Positions 28,047 through 38,091 of a stretch of DNA of 64,000 bases are shown here, one piece after another. The DNA is from a virus. Position numbers and translations under genes: made by a program. Positions within the stretch are counted from its first letter, which is position 1. Each line of letters starts with the position of its first letter. The notes beneath the pieces were generated by a model. The model was not told the DNA's origin, ran no database searches, and worked only from the letters and a program-made list of their open reading frames with translations. The stretch covers positions 64,001 through 128,000 of IMG/VR virus record IMGVR_UViG_3300045988_153285; one strand, 5' to 3'.

Positions 28047-29243
28047 ATGGAACAAACAGTTAAGGTAAAAGATTTTATTATAGATTTAAGTAAAGTTAAA
28101 GAACCAACTACTATGAGTAAAAAAGCAGTAGCGCCCAAGGTTAATTATTCATTGGTGTTAGAGAATGATATGGATTTTGTAATAAAAAGAAAAACATCTA
28201 AAACAGATAAGGATCTTGTATTTTTGGTGAGTCAAGATTTATATTATATAAAAAATAATGGCGATGATACTGTGATTCAGTTAGATATGAATAACTATAA
28301 AAGGCAAATAAGTGCATTTTTAAGAGATATGGGAATGTGGATGAATTTTGAAAAGGTAAAATGGACTGAAAATTGTTATACTGAGAACCTTTATAATATG
28401 TTTACAGATGAAACTAAGAGGATTCTAACAAGACATGGAATTAATTTAAGAGGTAGTTATTATAAAAATGAGGTAGCTAATGCATTAAAGACTAATCCCA
28501 AAATAGTAAAGTATTGGTTTTCAAAGTTTAACGATATACATAGATACACGTTAGAAGCAATACTTTATTTAAATAATGAGTATAACTTTAATAATGCTAA
28601 ATATTTAATAGATTCTATGTATGACTTAAATAGGACTAAATTAAGTGGATATTATACAACTCAAATGTTATCTTTAGCAAAGGGTTATAATTGTAATATA
28701 AATACACTTATAGATTACATAGTAAGAGGATTATATTCTCAAGGAATAGATTCTATAGAAAATGACATTTATAACGACTATAGGGATTATTTATCAATGA
28801 CAAATGCTATGAAAGGCAAGATAAAGGATAAATATCCTAAATATTTAAAAACAGAACATGATAAGGTATCAATGAGATATAGCATTTGGAGAAAATACAA
28901 AGATGATTTAGAAATATTTAAGATTACTGAAGAGAATAAGAAATTGGAATTTAGTGATAAAAAATATAGCATTATATTACCTGAAACAAGTTCAGATATA
29001 GTTGATGAAGGGATTAATCAATCGCATTGTGTTGCATCATATGTTAAGAGAGTAGCAAATGGAGATACATTAATATTATTTATGAGATATACAGATATTA
29101 TTGATGAATCATTAGTAACCATTGAAGTAAAAAATGGTGAAGTATGCCAAGCTAGGGGATATGCAAATAGAGGTTTAAGCAAAGAAGAGTCGGCTTTTAT
29201 TAAAAAGTGGGCTAAAATAAATGAATTAAAGGTTAATTATTAG
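28047..29243 (+). CDS. hypothetical protein, possibly PcfJ-like C-terminal domain
   Basis: C-terminus GINQSHCVASYVKRVANGDTLILFMR...VTIEVKNGEVCQARG recalls the PcfJ-like domain (from memory only). ATG 28047 has proper RBS spacing. Confidence 0.3.
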   Translation: MEQTVKVKDFIIDLSKVKEPTTMSKKAVAPKVNYSLVLENDMDFVIKRKTSKTDKDLVFLVSQDLYYIKNNGDDTVIQLDMNNYKRQISAFLRDMGMWMNFEKVKWTENCYTENLYNMFTDETKRILTRHGINLRGSYYKNEVANALKTNPKIVKYWFSKFNDIHRYTLEAILYLNNEYNFNNAKYLIDSMYDLNRTKLSGYYTTQMLSLAKGYNCNINTLIDYIVRGLYSQGIDSIENDIYNDYRDYLSMTNAMKGKIKDKYPKYLKTEHDKVSMRYSIWRKYKDDLEIFKITEENKKLEFSDKKYSIILPETSSDIVDEGINQSHCVASYVKRVANGDTLILFMRYTDIIDESLVTIEVKNGEVCQARGYANRGLSKEESAFIKKWAKINELKVNY

Positions 29244-29255
29244 GAGGAATGTAAA

Positions 29256-29639
29256 ATGGAATTAAAAGTAGGAATGAAATTAGAGTTAATAAAGAATTTA
29301 GATTGTGGAATTAGAGTCATAGAGAAAGGTGAAGTATTTAAAATTAAACATATATCAGCAAATAAAGTGTCTTTAATTAATAATGAAATAGGTGTGGGCG
29401 TATTTGAATTAGAAGAAGTTAAGGAATATTTTAAAGAACACATAGAAGAAATTAAAACAGATGAAGATGTTAAGAGAGTAATATATAGTGATAAAGTTAC
29501 AGTAGTAATTCTAAATAGTGGAATCAAAGGAATTGCTAAATGTTTAGAAGAAGATGAATATGATAAGAAGGTAGGATATAGAATCGCATATTTAAAAGCT
29601 AAAATCAAAGAAATGAATAAGGAGTTGAAAAGTTATTAA
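29256..29639 (+). CDS. hypothetical protein, 127 aa
   Basis: ORF with AGGAGGA RBS. Confidence 0.6.
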   Translation: MELKVGMKLELIKNLDCGIRVIEKGEVFKIKHISANKVSLINNEIGVGVFELEEVKEYFKEHIEEIKTDEDVKRVIYSDKVTVVILNSGIKGIAKCLEEDEYDKKVGYRIAYLKAKIKEMNKELKSY

Positions 29640-29908
29640 TGATAAAGAAATTAATTAGAATATACATACAAAGTTTCAAATATTCCAGGAGATTATCCAA
29701 GCTATATAAAACATTAGATATACTTATGAAAGAATTTGATTGCACACAAAAGTCTGAAGATAAGAAGATGTTATATAGATCACTAACAGAACTTCATAAA
29801 TACACAAGTGGTTTATTAAAAGAGTTTGATAATTATATAGAAAATAATAAATTTAAGAGTGGAGGAATGAATAATGCAAGTAACAATGACAATGGAAGAA
29901 TACACTAA
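29639..29908 (+). CDS. hypothetical protein, 89 aa
   Basis: ORF overlapping the upstream stop; weak RBS. Confidence 0.45.
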   Translation: MIKKLIRIYIQSFKYSRRLSKLYKTLDILMKEFDCTQKSEDKKMLYRSLTELHKYTSGLLKEFDNYIENNKFKSGGMNNASNNDNGRIH

Positions 29909-30467
29909 GTTAATAACTGCCAATGCCAAACAGGTTGAACAGTTAAATAAAATGATGGAGAAATATGATAATATCAGCAAAGAAAGATATGAACTGTTAA
30001 AATCTCAAAATAATAATGAAGATTGCAAATACTGCAACGGTAATGAAGAAACAATAATGTATACATCTGATGGTAATAGCATCTATATAGGTGAAGGTGG
30101 TACTTACAAGCGATATGGTGATAATAGTGGGAAGATATGCTTAATAAATAGTGATAGCTATAAAGGTAATGAAGTGGAAATAAATTATTGTCCTATGTGT
30201 GGCAAGAAGTTAGGCGATAATACAAATCAAATGAGTAAAAGTCAGGGAAATAAATTAAAATACATACAAACATTGTTAGAAGAGACTGGTAATAGTTGTT
30301 TTATAAACCTATATAAAAGATGGGATTATGTATTTTCTATAGAAATAATATATTTCGATGAATTAACAACAATTTCAGAATCATTTGGTATAAAAGAGTT
30401 CGATGAATTGAATCCACATATCATAGTAAATGATTTATTAGATAAATTTGATAAACAAAAACGATAA
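29874..30467 (+). CDS. hypothetical protein with zinc ribbon, 197 aa
   Basis: CKYCNG...CPMCG; GGAGGA RBS. Confidence 0.55.
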   Translation: MQVTMTMEEYTKLITANAKQVEQLNKMMEKYDNISKERYELLKSQNNNEDCKYCNGNEETIMYTSDGNSIYIGEGGTYKRYGDNSGKICLINSDSYKGNEVEINYCPMCGKKLGDNTNQMSKSQGNKLKYIQTLLEETGNSCFINLYKRWDYVFSIEIIYFDELTTISESFGIKEFDELNPHIIVNDLLDKFDKQKR

Positions 30468-30558
30468 GATCAGATTTCAAAAGTAGTTATTTAAATAGGA
30501 TTTAGATAGTTTAAATTAATATAAAAGAAGAATTCTATTAGAATTGGAGGATTAAAGA

Positions 30559-30738
30559 ATGAGTGTTTATACTGAATACGATAGATTAAGAGATGAATTA
30601 AAATGTAATTTAGAGAATTGTTTAGAGAAAGCAAAAGAATTAATGTTAGGCACAGAAATATGGGGTTACGATCACATGAAAGAAGATTATGCTGAAGAAT
30701 TATATTTTGCTATTAAAAATGCAATAAAGAAAGTTTAA
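30559..30738 (+). CDS. hypothetical small protein, 59 aa
   Basis: Below track threshold; TGGAGGA RBS; frame verified. Confidence 0.5.
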   Translation: MSVYTEYDRLRDELKCNLENCLEKAKELMLGTEIWGYDHMKEDYAEELYFAIKNAIKKV

Positions 30739-30760
30739 TTGATTAGGGGGGGGTAGAAGT

Positions 30761-30919
30761 ATGAGAGAAGGTAAAATTTTAATATTATCAGATTGTTCCG
30801 AATGTACTTTTAGAAATGGATATTATTGTGATTTTGAAAGAAAGAATATTGCAAAGGAAGATATGGTTAAATATCACTATGGTGTATTTCCTAATTGGTG
30901 CAAATTAAAAGATTATTAA
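30761..30919 (+). CDS. Cys-containing small protein, 52 aa
   Basis: GGGGGGGTAG RBS-like tract; CSEC...YYCDF...WC. Confidence 0.45.
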   Translation: MREGKILILSDCSECTFRNGYYCDFERKNIAKEDMVKYHYGVFPNWCKLKDY

Positions 30920-30945
30920 AATATAGATTAGTAGGAGGAGTAATA

Positions 30946-31053
30946 ATGAAATTAAGCTATGGGGATGGTTTTAAATATGTAATGATTGCATTAGGTGCAT
31001 TTTGGATTATATTGGCAATATTTTTAGGAACAATATGTTATATAAGAATGTAA
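30946..31053 (+). CDS. small membrane peptide, 35 aa
   Basis: AGGAGGAG RBS; single TM helix. Confidence 0.4.
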   Translation: MKLSYGDGFKYVMIALGAFWIILAIFLGTICYIRM

Positions 31054-31291
31054 ATAAATCAGTTGTTTTATATAGTTAAAAATAAATTAAATAGGTATGT
31101 ATATGAAAGAGTTTAAAGTAGTATCTTATAAAAGTACGGATAGACACATACATAGTGTTAGAAAGATATTCGAAGGGACTTATGACGAATGTTTAAAGTT
31201 TTATATATAGAATAAAAGTAAATACCGATGCAAGAATGAATTATTAGAATTAATGTATAATAACTAAAAATTAAAATAAGGAAGTGATATT

Positions 31292-31636
31292 ATGATTAAG
31301 TTAAGTGAATTAAAAGATGATGAAATGTTAATTGTAGATATGGGGAGTTATGGCCATGTAATATCAAAAGAAGATTACTTAAATGAAATAGAAGAACATC
31401 GAGGAAACAAAGTATATACTTCAAATAAATATAAGGCTAGTATAGATGCATACGATATGCTTGAAAGTGCTATAGAACGTGAATATCAAAATATGTATGA
31501 AGATTGGGATATTGAAATAAGGCAAGATACAACCAAGGAAGATATAGAAGATATTCAGATTGTCTTAGATAGAATTTTAAGTAGAAGTGATAATATATCT
31601 TATACAGAAAAAGAACAAGTAGAAATTGATATGTAG
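31292..31636 (+). CDS. hypothetical acidic protein, 114 aa
   Basis: ORF with AAGGAAGTGA RBS. Confidence 0.6.
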   Translation: MIKLSELKDDEMLIVDMGSYGHVISKEDYLNEIEEHRGNKVYTSNKYKASIDAYDMLESAIEREYQNMYEDWDIEIRQDTTKEDIEDIQIVLDRILSRSDNISYTEKEQVEIDM

Positions 31637-31644
31637 GTGATTGA

Positions 31645-31998
31645 ATGAGTAGAGAAATTAAATTTAGAGCATGGGATAAACATTATAAGAGGTTTAGAGA
31701 TATCGTATTGAATAGTCCTATAAGTGCATTAAACAACAATGAAATTGATGAGAGATTTGAATTAACTCAATACACAGGATTAAAAGATAAAAATGGGAAA
31801 GAAATATATGAAGGTGATATACTAAGGGTTTATGACGACTTCTTTAGAGATGGGTTAGACGATATGTATGGAGTCGTAAAGTTTGACAATGGTAGATTTT
31901 ATCTAAATACATTTAAGCCTTATTATAATGAAACTTGGATATACTTTGAAGTTGTGGGCAACATCTATGAAAATCCTGATTTATTGGAGGAGGAGTAA
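31645..31998 (+). CDS. YopX-family protein
   Basis: IKFRAWDK...LTQYTGLKDKNGKEIYEGDIL...GNIYENPDLL matches the YopX signature. Confidence 0.75.
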   Translation: MSREIKFRAWDKHYKRFRDIVLNSPISALNNNEIDERFELTQYTGLKDKNGKEIYEGDILRVYDDFFRDGLDDMYGVVKFDNGRFYLNTFKPYYNETWIYFEVVGNIYENPDLLEEE

Positions 31999-32000
31999 TT

Positions 32001-32534
32001 ATGTTATATTATGCAGGAATAGGATCAAGAGAAACACCAAAAGAATTTTTAGATTTATTTACTAGAGTAGCTAAATATTTATCAACTAAAGATTGTGTGC
32101 TACGTTCAGGTGGTGCAAAAGGTTCAGACCAAGCATTTGAGTTAGGTGCAATACATAAAGAGATATATTTGCCTTGGAAGGGATTTGAAGGTAGTAATTC
32201 TAATTTAATAGTTAAAGATGAAATGGCTTTTGAAATAGCAGAGAAGTATCATCCTAGATGGACTTATCTATCTCAAGGCGCGCAAAAACTTCAAGCAAGA
32301 AACTCTCATCAGATATTAGGCAATGACTTAAATTCTCCTAGTGACTTTGTAATATGTTGGACTAAAGGTGGTAAAGGTAATGGAGGAACAGGTCAAGCAA
32401 TTAGAATAGCCAAAGATTATAATATACCTGTTTTTGATTGCGGTAAATATAGTGATGTCAGAGAATGTGCAAAAGAATTAAAGAGATTTTTAGATAAAAT
32501 ATTGGAGGGATTAAATGAGTCTAGAAGATATTAG
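32001..32534 (+). CDS. DprA/Smf-like (SLOG Rossmann-fold) protein
   Basis: YAGIGSRETP...VLRSGGAKGSDQAFELGA resembles G.R.tp......SGgA.G.D.a. Confidence 0.45.
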   Translation: MLYYAGIGSRETPKEFLDLFTRVAKYLSTKDCVLRSGGAKGSDQAFELGAIHKEIYLPWKGFEGSNSNLIVKDEMAFEIAEKYHPRWTYLSQGAQKLQARNSHQILGNDLNSPSDFVICWTKGGKGNGGTGQAIRIAKDYNIPVFDCGKYSDVRECAKELKRFLDKILEGLNESRRY

Positions 32535-32679
32535 AAAATTAAATAAAAATAACAATATCATAGAGGATGAGGTTTCCTATGATGGATTTGAACCACAAGA
32601 AGAAGATTTAAAATTCTTAGAATTTATAAAGCAAAGAGGTGTTAATAGTGAGTATAAAAGAAATGGAATTAGAATGTGA
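32515..32679 (+). CDS. hypothetical small protein, 54 aa
   Basis: Below track threshold; GGAGGGA RBS; overlaps both neighbours. Confidence 0.4.
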   Translation: MSLEDIRKLNKNNNIIEDEVSYDGFEPQEEDLKFLEFIKQRGVNSEYKRNGIRM

Positions 32680-32833
32680 AATAAGAGAATTGAAAACAAG
32701 GATTAGATATTGTGCAGGTATTGTTGAAGAAATAAGCACAAATCTATTACAAGAACAAATGAAAGGTAATAAAGAAGTAAAATTAGCTAGAGATGGTTTA
32801 AGAGATTTAGTTGATTTTATGAGGAGATGCTAA
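32648..32833 (+). CDS. hypothetical coiled-coil protein, about 61 aa
   Basis: Track ORF 32639-32833; GTG 32648 is 7 nt after AGAGGTG. Confidence 0.45.
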   Translation: MSIKEMELECEIRELKTRIRYCAGIVEEISTNLLQEQMKGNKEVKLARDGLRDLVDFMRRC

Positions 32834-32867
32834 GTAAATTATTAATTTTAAAGGGAGTGATAAATTT

Positions 32868-33155
32868 ATGTATACACAAAAAGAGTATTTTGAAGATATA
32901 GAAGATATGAAGAGAATTGACACTACAAAACCATTCCATCCACCAGCTAGTGCTTTTAGGAAGGTAAATACTCAAATCCAGAATACATATTTTAATAAAG
33001 AAAATATAAATAAAAAGATGATGGTCATAGATGTCAACTGTTTTAGTTTCACAGGAGATTATGTTTGCCCTCATTATCATGATAGTTTTTCATCTGATAA
33101 AGAATTAAGAGAAGAAGTTTGGGATAAACACTGCAGGAAGTGTTGGAATAAATAA
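32868..33155 (+). CDS. hypothetical protein, 95 aa
   Basis: ORF with AGGGAGTGA RBS. Confidence 0.55.
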   Translation: MYTQKEYFEDIEDMKRIDTTKPFHPPASAFRKVNTQIQNTYFNKENINKKMMVIDVNCFSFTGDYVCPHYHDSFSSDKELREEVWDKHCRKCWNK

Positions 33156-33195
33156 AATTGAGATTTTAAATAAATTAATAAAAATGGAGGGTAAA

Positions 33196-33954
33196 ATGAG
33201 CAATAAGATTAAACCAGTAGATTATAATGAAAAGATTTGTTTTAAATGTTTAAAGGAAAAGGATAATACGCATACATATACATTAGGATATAGAGGATAT
33301 GGTAGTGGATTTGATAACTTTAATACAATTCTTCAATTATGCGACGATTGCAATCATGAAGAGTTAGGTATATGGTTTAATGAAGAACCAGAGTTAATTG
33401 ATGGCTATTGTGAGGATTATAAATATGAAGATAATATTTTTGAATTTGTAAAATCATTGCCAATACAAGGAAGAGAGTTGTTTGAAAATCAATGTGCTAG
33501 GGGAGCTTGTTCATATCCAATGGAATCACAGGATTGGATAGATGTTGAATTAGGGGTTGCACCAGATAGTATATATAAAGAATATGGAATGTATTCGCCT
33601 TCAGAAATAAAAGCTTATGAAGAAAGATTCCCTACTTGTGAAAATGTATATCTCAAAACATACAAAGATGGATCTGGAGGTTGTAGATGTAATTATGGTG
33701 CTTATGGCGAAAAAGATGGTAGTTGTGGTTCAAATATTTCAGATGAATGTTATACTTGTAGTCATTACAAAAAGAAGGGCTTCGACTATTCAATGAGAGA
33801 AGAAAAAGAACTATACATAGAGAAAGAAAAATTAAAAAGAATTGAGATGTATGAATGGACTTGTGAAGTTTGTGGAGAAATAAATCATACTTATATATAT
33901 TCAGATATGTTTGTTTGTCCTAAATGCCATCAATATTATAATGATTGTGAATAA
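33196..33954 (+). CDS. Cys-rich protein, about 252 aa
   Basis: More than 20 Cys in CxxC pairs (CFKC, CDDC, CEVCG, CPKC); ATG 33196 follows GGAGGG. Confidence 0.55.
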   Translation: MSNKIKPVDYNEKICFKCLKEKDNTHTYTLGYRGYGSGFDNFNTILQLCDDCNHEELGIWFNEEPELIDGYCEDYKYEDNIFEFVKSLPIQGRELFENQCARGACSYPMESQDWIDVELGVAPDSIYKEYGMYSPSEIKAYEERFPTCENVYLKTYKDGSGGCRCNYGAYGEKDGSCGSNISDECYTCSHYKKKGFDYSMREEKELYIEKEKLKRIEMYEWTCEVCGEINHTYIYSDMFVCPKCHQYYNDCE

Positions 33955-33979
33955 AATTAATAAATAAGTAAGTGATTAT

Positions 33980-34119
33980 ATGAAACAAACCAGGCATATA
34001 ACATTGCCAAAGAATAAAGATATAAAGTACTTTTACTATAGCTGCGAGACTTGTGGAGACAAATAGATAGTTATGAATATTATACATATGGCAAATGTGA
34101 TGTTTGCAGGTACATATAA
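33980..34119 (+). pseudogene. frameshifted zinc-ribbon small ORF
   Basis: Frame 0 gives MKQ...YYSCETCGDK* (stop 34064-34066). The -1 frame continues IDSYEYYTYGKCDVCRYI* to 34119, supplying the second CxxC and filling the gap to the next RBS. Confidence 0.45.
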
Positions 34120-34133
34120 AGGAGAGATTTAGA

Positions 34134-34343
34134 ATGAAGAGAGTAATATTAGAAATGGATTTAGAAAATAAAGATGATATGACAAATGATATACTAATAG
34201 AATTAATAGAAAGTGAATTACAATGGCATAGAGAAATAGATGGAATTAGTAATGTAAAAGTTTTGCATATGAATGACTATTTAGGTTATGTGAGCGATTT
34301 AGAAAATAGATCAAGTCATTTCAACTATGGATATGAAGAATAA
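34134..34343 (+). CDS. hypothetical acidic protein, 69 aa
   Basis: Track ORF 34104-34343; ATG 34134 follows AAAGGAGAG. Confidence 0.55.
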   Translation: MKRVILEMDLENKDDMTNDILIELIESELQWHREIDGISNVKVLHMNDYLGYVSDLENRSSHFNYGYEE

Positions 34344-34352
34344 AAAAATATA

Positions 34353-34402
34353 ATATAAATTAATAAAATAAGTTGACAAGAATAAGAAAGATATGGTACT
34401 AT
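34353..34402 (+). promoter_or_regulatory. conserved-box promoter (copy 6)
   Basis: ATATAAATTAATAAAAT-aag-TTGACA(34373-34378)-18 bp-TACTAT preceded by TGg (extended -10). Confidence 0.6.
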
Positions 34403-34421
34403 AATATCAGGAGGTGGTTAG

Positions 34422-34652
34422 ATGATTGCAAATGAGTTATTTGAAATTATAGCAGAACATTTTGATTATAACAAGAAAGAAATAATAACAAATGTAAATG
34501 AACTATTATTTAATATTCATGAAGATTCAAAGAAGTTTGCGTACACATTAGATAAGCTAAAAGAAGATTATGCATTAGAAGATGAACCGAGATGTCCTTT
34601 GTGTGGCGAAGACTTAACAGTAATAAATGAATGGGATGAAGACAGAGGATAG
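34422..34652 (+). CDS. hypothetical protein, 76 aa
   Basis: ORF with AGGAGGTGG RBS. Confidence 0.55.
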   Translation: MIANELFEIIAEHFDYNKKEIITNVNELLFNIHEDSKKFAYTLDKLKEDYALEDEPRCPLCGEDLTVINEWDEDRG

Positions 34653-34754
34653 CATCAAGGATTTCCAGCTAATGAACATATGGTGTTAATAGGATGCGAG
34701 GATTGTTCATACATATTAAATGAATAAAAATTAATAAAATAAAGAGGTGAAGAA

Positions 34755-35390
34755 ATGCTAATGAAAAAGCTAATGCTGACTCTATTTTTTAGTAGTGGGA
34801 TAATAATTCCATTTGTAGAAGCAGCAAAAACTGATTCGGTAGCGAGGCAACTAATTGATGTCGATTTGTACGAATTTAAAAATTATAGAAATGAAATGAA
34901 TGAAAAAGTACAAGCTTATGAAAAATATAAAATTGAAGAACAGAAGAGAATCGAAGCGGAACAAGAGAGATTAAGGCAAGAAGAGTTGGAAAGGCAAAGA
35001 ATTGAGGAAGAAGAAAAGAATAAATTAATTAACAAGCTAGGATATGAACCGAGCAAGATAGTTAAAGTTAATTGCAAAGTAACATTTTATTATGCTGATA
35101 GCACAACTCTTCAAGGTGGATATAATGATAAAAAGGGTATTCCTTTAAGTAGTCATAGTGAACCTATAGTTGCACTACCTAGTGATGTTACATATGGAAG
35201 TTACATAGAATTTGATAAAGAAATTAGAGGGAATACACTTTTCAAAAACGTTGACAGTGGTGGAGCCATTAAGTGGTTAGATGATAACACCATTATAGTA
35301 GATGTATTTGTTCCTGAAGCTGGTAGCTATAATGAATTAATTAATATGGTGAAGAATACAACTACTACAGCAACTATATATTATAAATAA
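34755..35390 (+). CDS. secreted 3D-domain (MltA/YocH-like) cell-wall protein
   Basis: Signal peptide MLMKKLMLTLFFSSGIIIPFVEA, charged coiled coil, then VTFYYADSTTLQGG...NVDSGGAIK...IVDVFV resembling the 3D domain. Confidence 0.5.
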   Translation: MLMKKLMLTLFFSSGIIIPFVEAAKTDSVARQLIDVDLYEFKNYRNEMNEKVQAYEKYKIEEQKRIEAEQERLRQEELERQRIEEEEKNKLINKLGYEPSKIVKVNCKVTFYYADSTTLQGGYNDKKGIPLSSHSEPIVALPSDVTYGSYIEFDKEIRGNTLFKNVDSGGAIKWLDDNTIIVDVFVPEAGSYNELINMVKNTTTTATIYYK

Positions 35391-35431
35391 AAGAACAATT
35401 TGAAATTATTGCGAGTTAAAAGGAGGATAAA

Positions 35432-35701
35432 ATGGCACAAGCAATAAATAACCTTATAGGTAAAAAGTTTGGAAGGCTTACTGTTATAGGTTATACAGAC
35501 AGAAGAGTGTCCAGAGCTGTAGTTTGGAAATGTAAATGTGAATGTGGAAATATAACTTATATGACACATAGGTGTTTAAAAAGTAGCGTAAGCTGTGGGT
35601 GTTATCGGAATGAGAATTGTAGCAAAGTAGGATTAACCTATAATTCAGTAGGAAGAGAAGCCTATAAAAATAAATTAAATATGGGGAAGGTGAAATTATG
35701 A
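35432..35701 (+). CDS. zinc-ribbon module typical of phage free-standing endonuclease-like proteins, 89 aa
   Basis: GKKFGRLTVIGY....VWKCKCECGN.....SCGC; no nuclease domain follows. Confidence 0.35.
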   Translation: MAQAINNLIGKKFGRLTVIGYTDRRVSRAVVWKCKCECGNITYMTHRCLKSSVSCGCYRNENCSKVGLTYNSVGREAYKNKLNMGKVKL

Positions 35702-35871
35702 AGTTATCTATAAATGCAAGAAAGCTATATCCAGAAGCAATATTTTATATTAATTGGGCTAAGAAAAGTAAAAATAGAAAAGTAAAAAGAAGATTAGTTA
35801 TAAAAGCATTAAAAGAAATCAAGTGTCTTTCAAGCAAGGAGCTAAGAAGAAGAATATTGACAAAATATTAG
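35698..35871 (+). CDS. basic small protein, 57 aa
   Basis: ATGA overlap with the upstream stop; Lys/Arg-rich. Confidence 0.4.
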   Translation: MKLSINARKLYPEAIFYINWAKKSKNRKVKRRLVIKALKEIKCLSSKELRRRILTKY

Positions 35872-35910
35872 TGAACAATTCAAATATATTGTGAACAGGA
35901 GGATTGAATA

Positions 35911-36129
35911 ATGGAAGATTTAATTAAAGAAGATCAGTTAAAAGAAGATAGAAGAAGAGTTAATAAATTTACCGCAGAAAGAATGGCTAGACAAAACAAG
36001 GATAAGTTACATGAGAAATTAGAAGATTTATTTATAATGTATCTTGATAGCGATGAGTGTAGATTCATGAGATTTTCACAATTAGAAGATTTAAGAAAGT
36101 TTTATGTATACATAAAGGAAAATTTATAA
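35911..36129 (+). CDS. hypothetical protein, 72 aa
   Basis: ORF with AGGAGGA RBS. Confidence 0.55.
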   Translation: MEDLIKEDQLKEDRRRVNKFTAERMARQNKDKLHEKLEDLFIMYLDSDECRFMRFSQLEDLRKFYVYIKENL

Positions 36130-36208
36130 AAATCGAATTTTATTTAAACTGAACGATGGGAATCAGCCAGTTAAACATATAAATTAAAATATTAAAGGAG
36201 TTGTTTAA

Positions 36209-37366
36209 ATGATTAAAGTAATTAAGAAAGATGGTACAAAGGTTCAATTTGACAGAAGAAAAATAGTTAATGCAGTGAACAAAAGTGCAAGTAGATGCGT
36301 AGTGAAATTAACTCAACAGGAGCTAGACAGCATATGCGATAAAGTAGAAGAATACTTAAAACAAAGTGGAACTACCGAAATAGATGTTGCAGATTTACAT
36401 TACATAGTTGAGGAGTCTTTAGAATTTATAAATAAAGAAGTAGCAAAAAGTTATAGAGAATATAGAAACTATAAGATAGATTTTGTAAGTATGCTCGATG
36501 AAGTTTACAATAAAGCTCAAAGTATAATGTACAGAGGCGATAAAGAGAATTCTAATACAGATAGCACATTAGTTAGTACAAAAAGATCGTTGGTTTATAA
36601 TGAATTAAATAAAGAGCTATATAATAAATTCTTCTTAACTACAGAAGAAAGACAAGCTTGTAGAGATGGATACATATACATACACGATAAATCAGCTAGA
36701 AGGGATACGTTTAACTGTTGTCTTTTTGATACTAAAGCAGTAATGACCGGTGGATTTGAAATGGGTAACTTATGGTACAATGAACCAAAGACTATAGATA
36801 CTGCTTGTGATGTTCTCGGAGATATAATAATGATGAGTGCTAGTATGCAATACGGGGGTTGGTCAACTAGAATAGATGATTTATTAGCCCCATATGTAGA
36901 GAAAAGCTATAAAATATATAAAGATGAATTATTGGGATATGGATTAAATTCTGAAAAAGCAGAAGAAATTGCATTAGAAAAAGCTAATAGAGACTTAGAA
37001 CAAGGATTACAAGGGTTAGAATATAAATTAAATTCTGTAGCAAGTTCTCGTGGAGACTATCCTTTCACTAGTTTCGCATTAGGTTTAGGTACTAGTAGAT
37101 TTGAAAAGATGGTATCCATAGCAGCTTTAAATGTAAGAAGGAGAGGACAAGGAAAAGAAGGAAATAAAAAACCTGTCTTATTCCCTAAATTAATTTTCTT
37201 ATATGATGAAAACTTACATGGATCAGGAAAAGAATTAGAAGATGTTTTTGAGGTTGCAATATCTTGTAGCCAAAAATCAATGTACCCTGATTATCTTTCA
37301 TTAACTGGTGATTCTTATGTAGGTGAAATGTATAAAAAATATGGAGAAGTCGTATATCCTATGGGT
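36209..37366 (+). CDS. nrdD: anaerobic ribonucleoside-triphosphate reductase, exon 1
   Basis: ATP-cone N-terminus MIKVIKKDGTKVQFDRRKIVNAV; ends ...VVYPMG. The conserved PMGCR motif is completed by exon 2. Confidence 0.85.
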
Positions 37367-37602
37367 TGAATAGCAGCTCATATAAAACCTCTTTAATTGC
37401 TGGAAACCTAAATCAGAGATGACATGGCAATCAGCAGCGAAGTCCTTAACAGGAAACGTTCAGAGACTAGAGAAAGGGTAGCTAATACGAACTTATTAGT
37501 GAGAACCGATTATCGTAGGAGTAAAATCCGAAATGGGAGGATATGTTGAAGCGTTAACATATAAGATATAGTCCGAGCCATTAGAAATAATGGATAAACT
37601 TG
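37367..37602 (+). other. group I intron 1 in nrdD (236 nt, no ORF)
   Basis: Exon ends in U (ggt). In-frame TGA is the first intron codon. IGS gctcata (37376-37382) pairs with exon tatgggt through a U-G pair at the splice site. Core-like strings GTTCAGAGACTA (37458-37469) and ATAAGATATAGTCCGAGCC (37561-37579) are present. Terminal G is at 37602. GC is higher than the surroundings. Confidence 0.75.
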
Positions 37603-38091
37603 TGTAGAGCATTTCTTAGCCCTTGGTTCGAAAGAGGGGGTATAGATCCAGCAGATGAAAATGATAAACCTATTTTTACATCAAGGTTTAATTGCGGAGC
37701 TATAACACTACATTTACCGATGATTTACCAAAAGGCTAAAGTTGAGAATAAAGATTTTTATGAAGTATTAGATTATTACTTAGAAATGATAAGGCGAATA
37801 CATATAAGAACAAATGAGTATTTAGGAAATATGAAAGCATCTACAAATCCATTAGGTTTTATGGAAGGTGGATTCTTAGGTGGCAAATTAAAAGCAAATG
37901 ACAAAATTAAACCTCTATTAAAAGCAATGACCTATAGTTATGGAGTTACTGCATTAAACGAATTGCAATTGCTTCATAATAATAAATCATTAGTAGAAGA
38001 TGGTCAATTCGCTTTAGAGGTTATGGAATATATAAATGAAAAAATAGAAGTATTTAAATATGAAGATGATATACTTTATGCAGTTTACGGT
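37603..38091 (+). CDS. nrdD: nrdD exon 2
   Basis: Begins CRAFLSPWFERGG (completing PMG|CR.FL.PW) and ends ..ILYAVYG. Confidence 0.8.

Noticed and set aside
36130-36208. NrdR box or riboswitch upstream of nrdD
   Set aside because: Only a weak imperfect inverted repeat (aactg..cagtt) is present. There is no pair of 16-bp NrdR-type palindromes and no recognisable riboswitch core.
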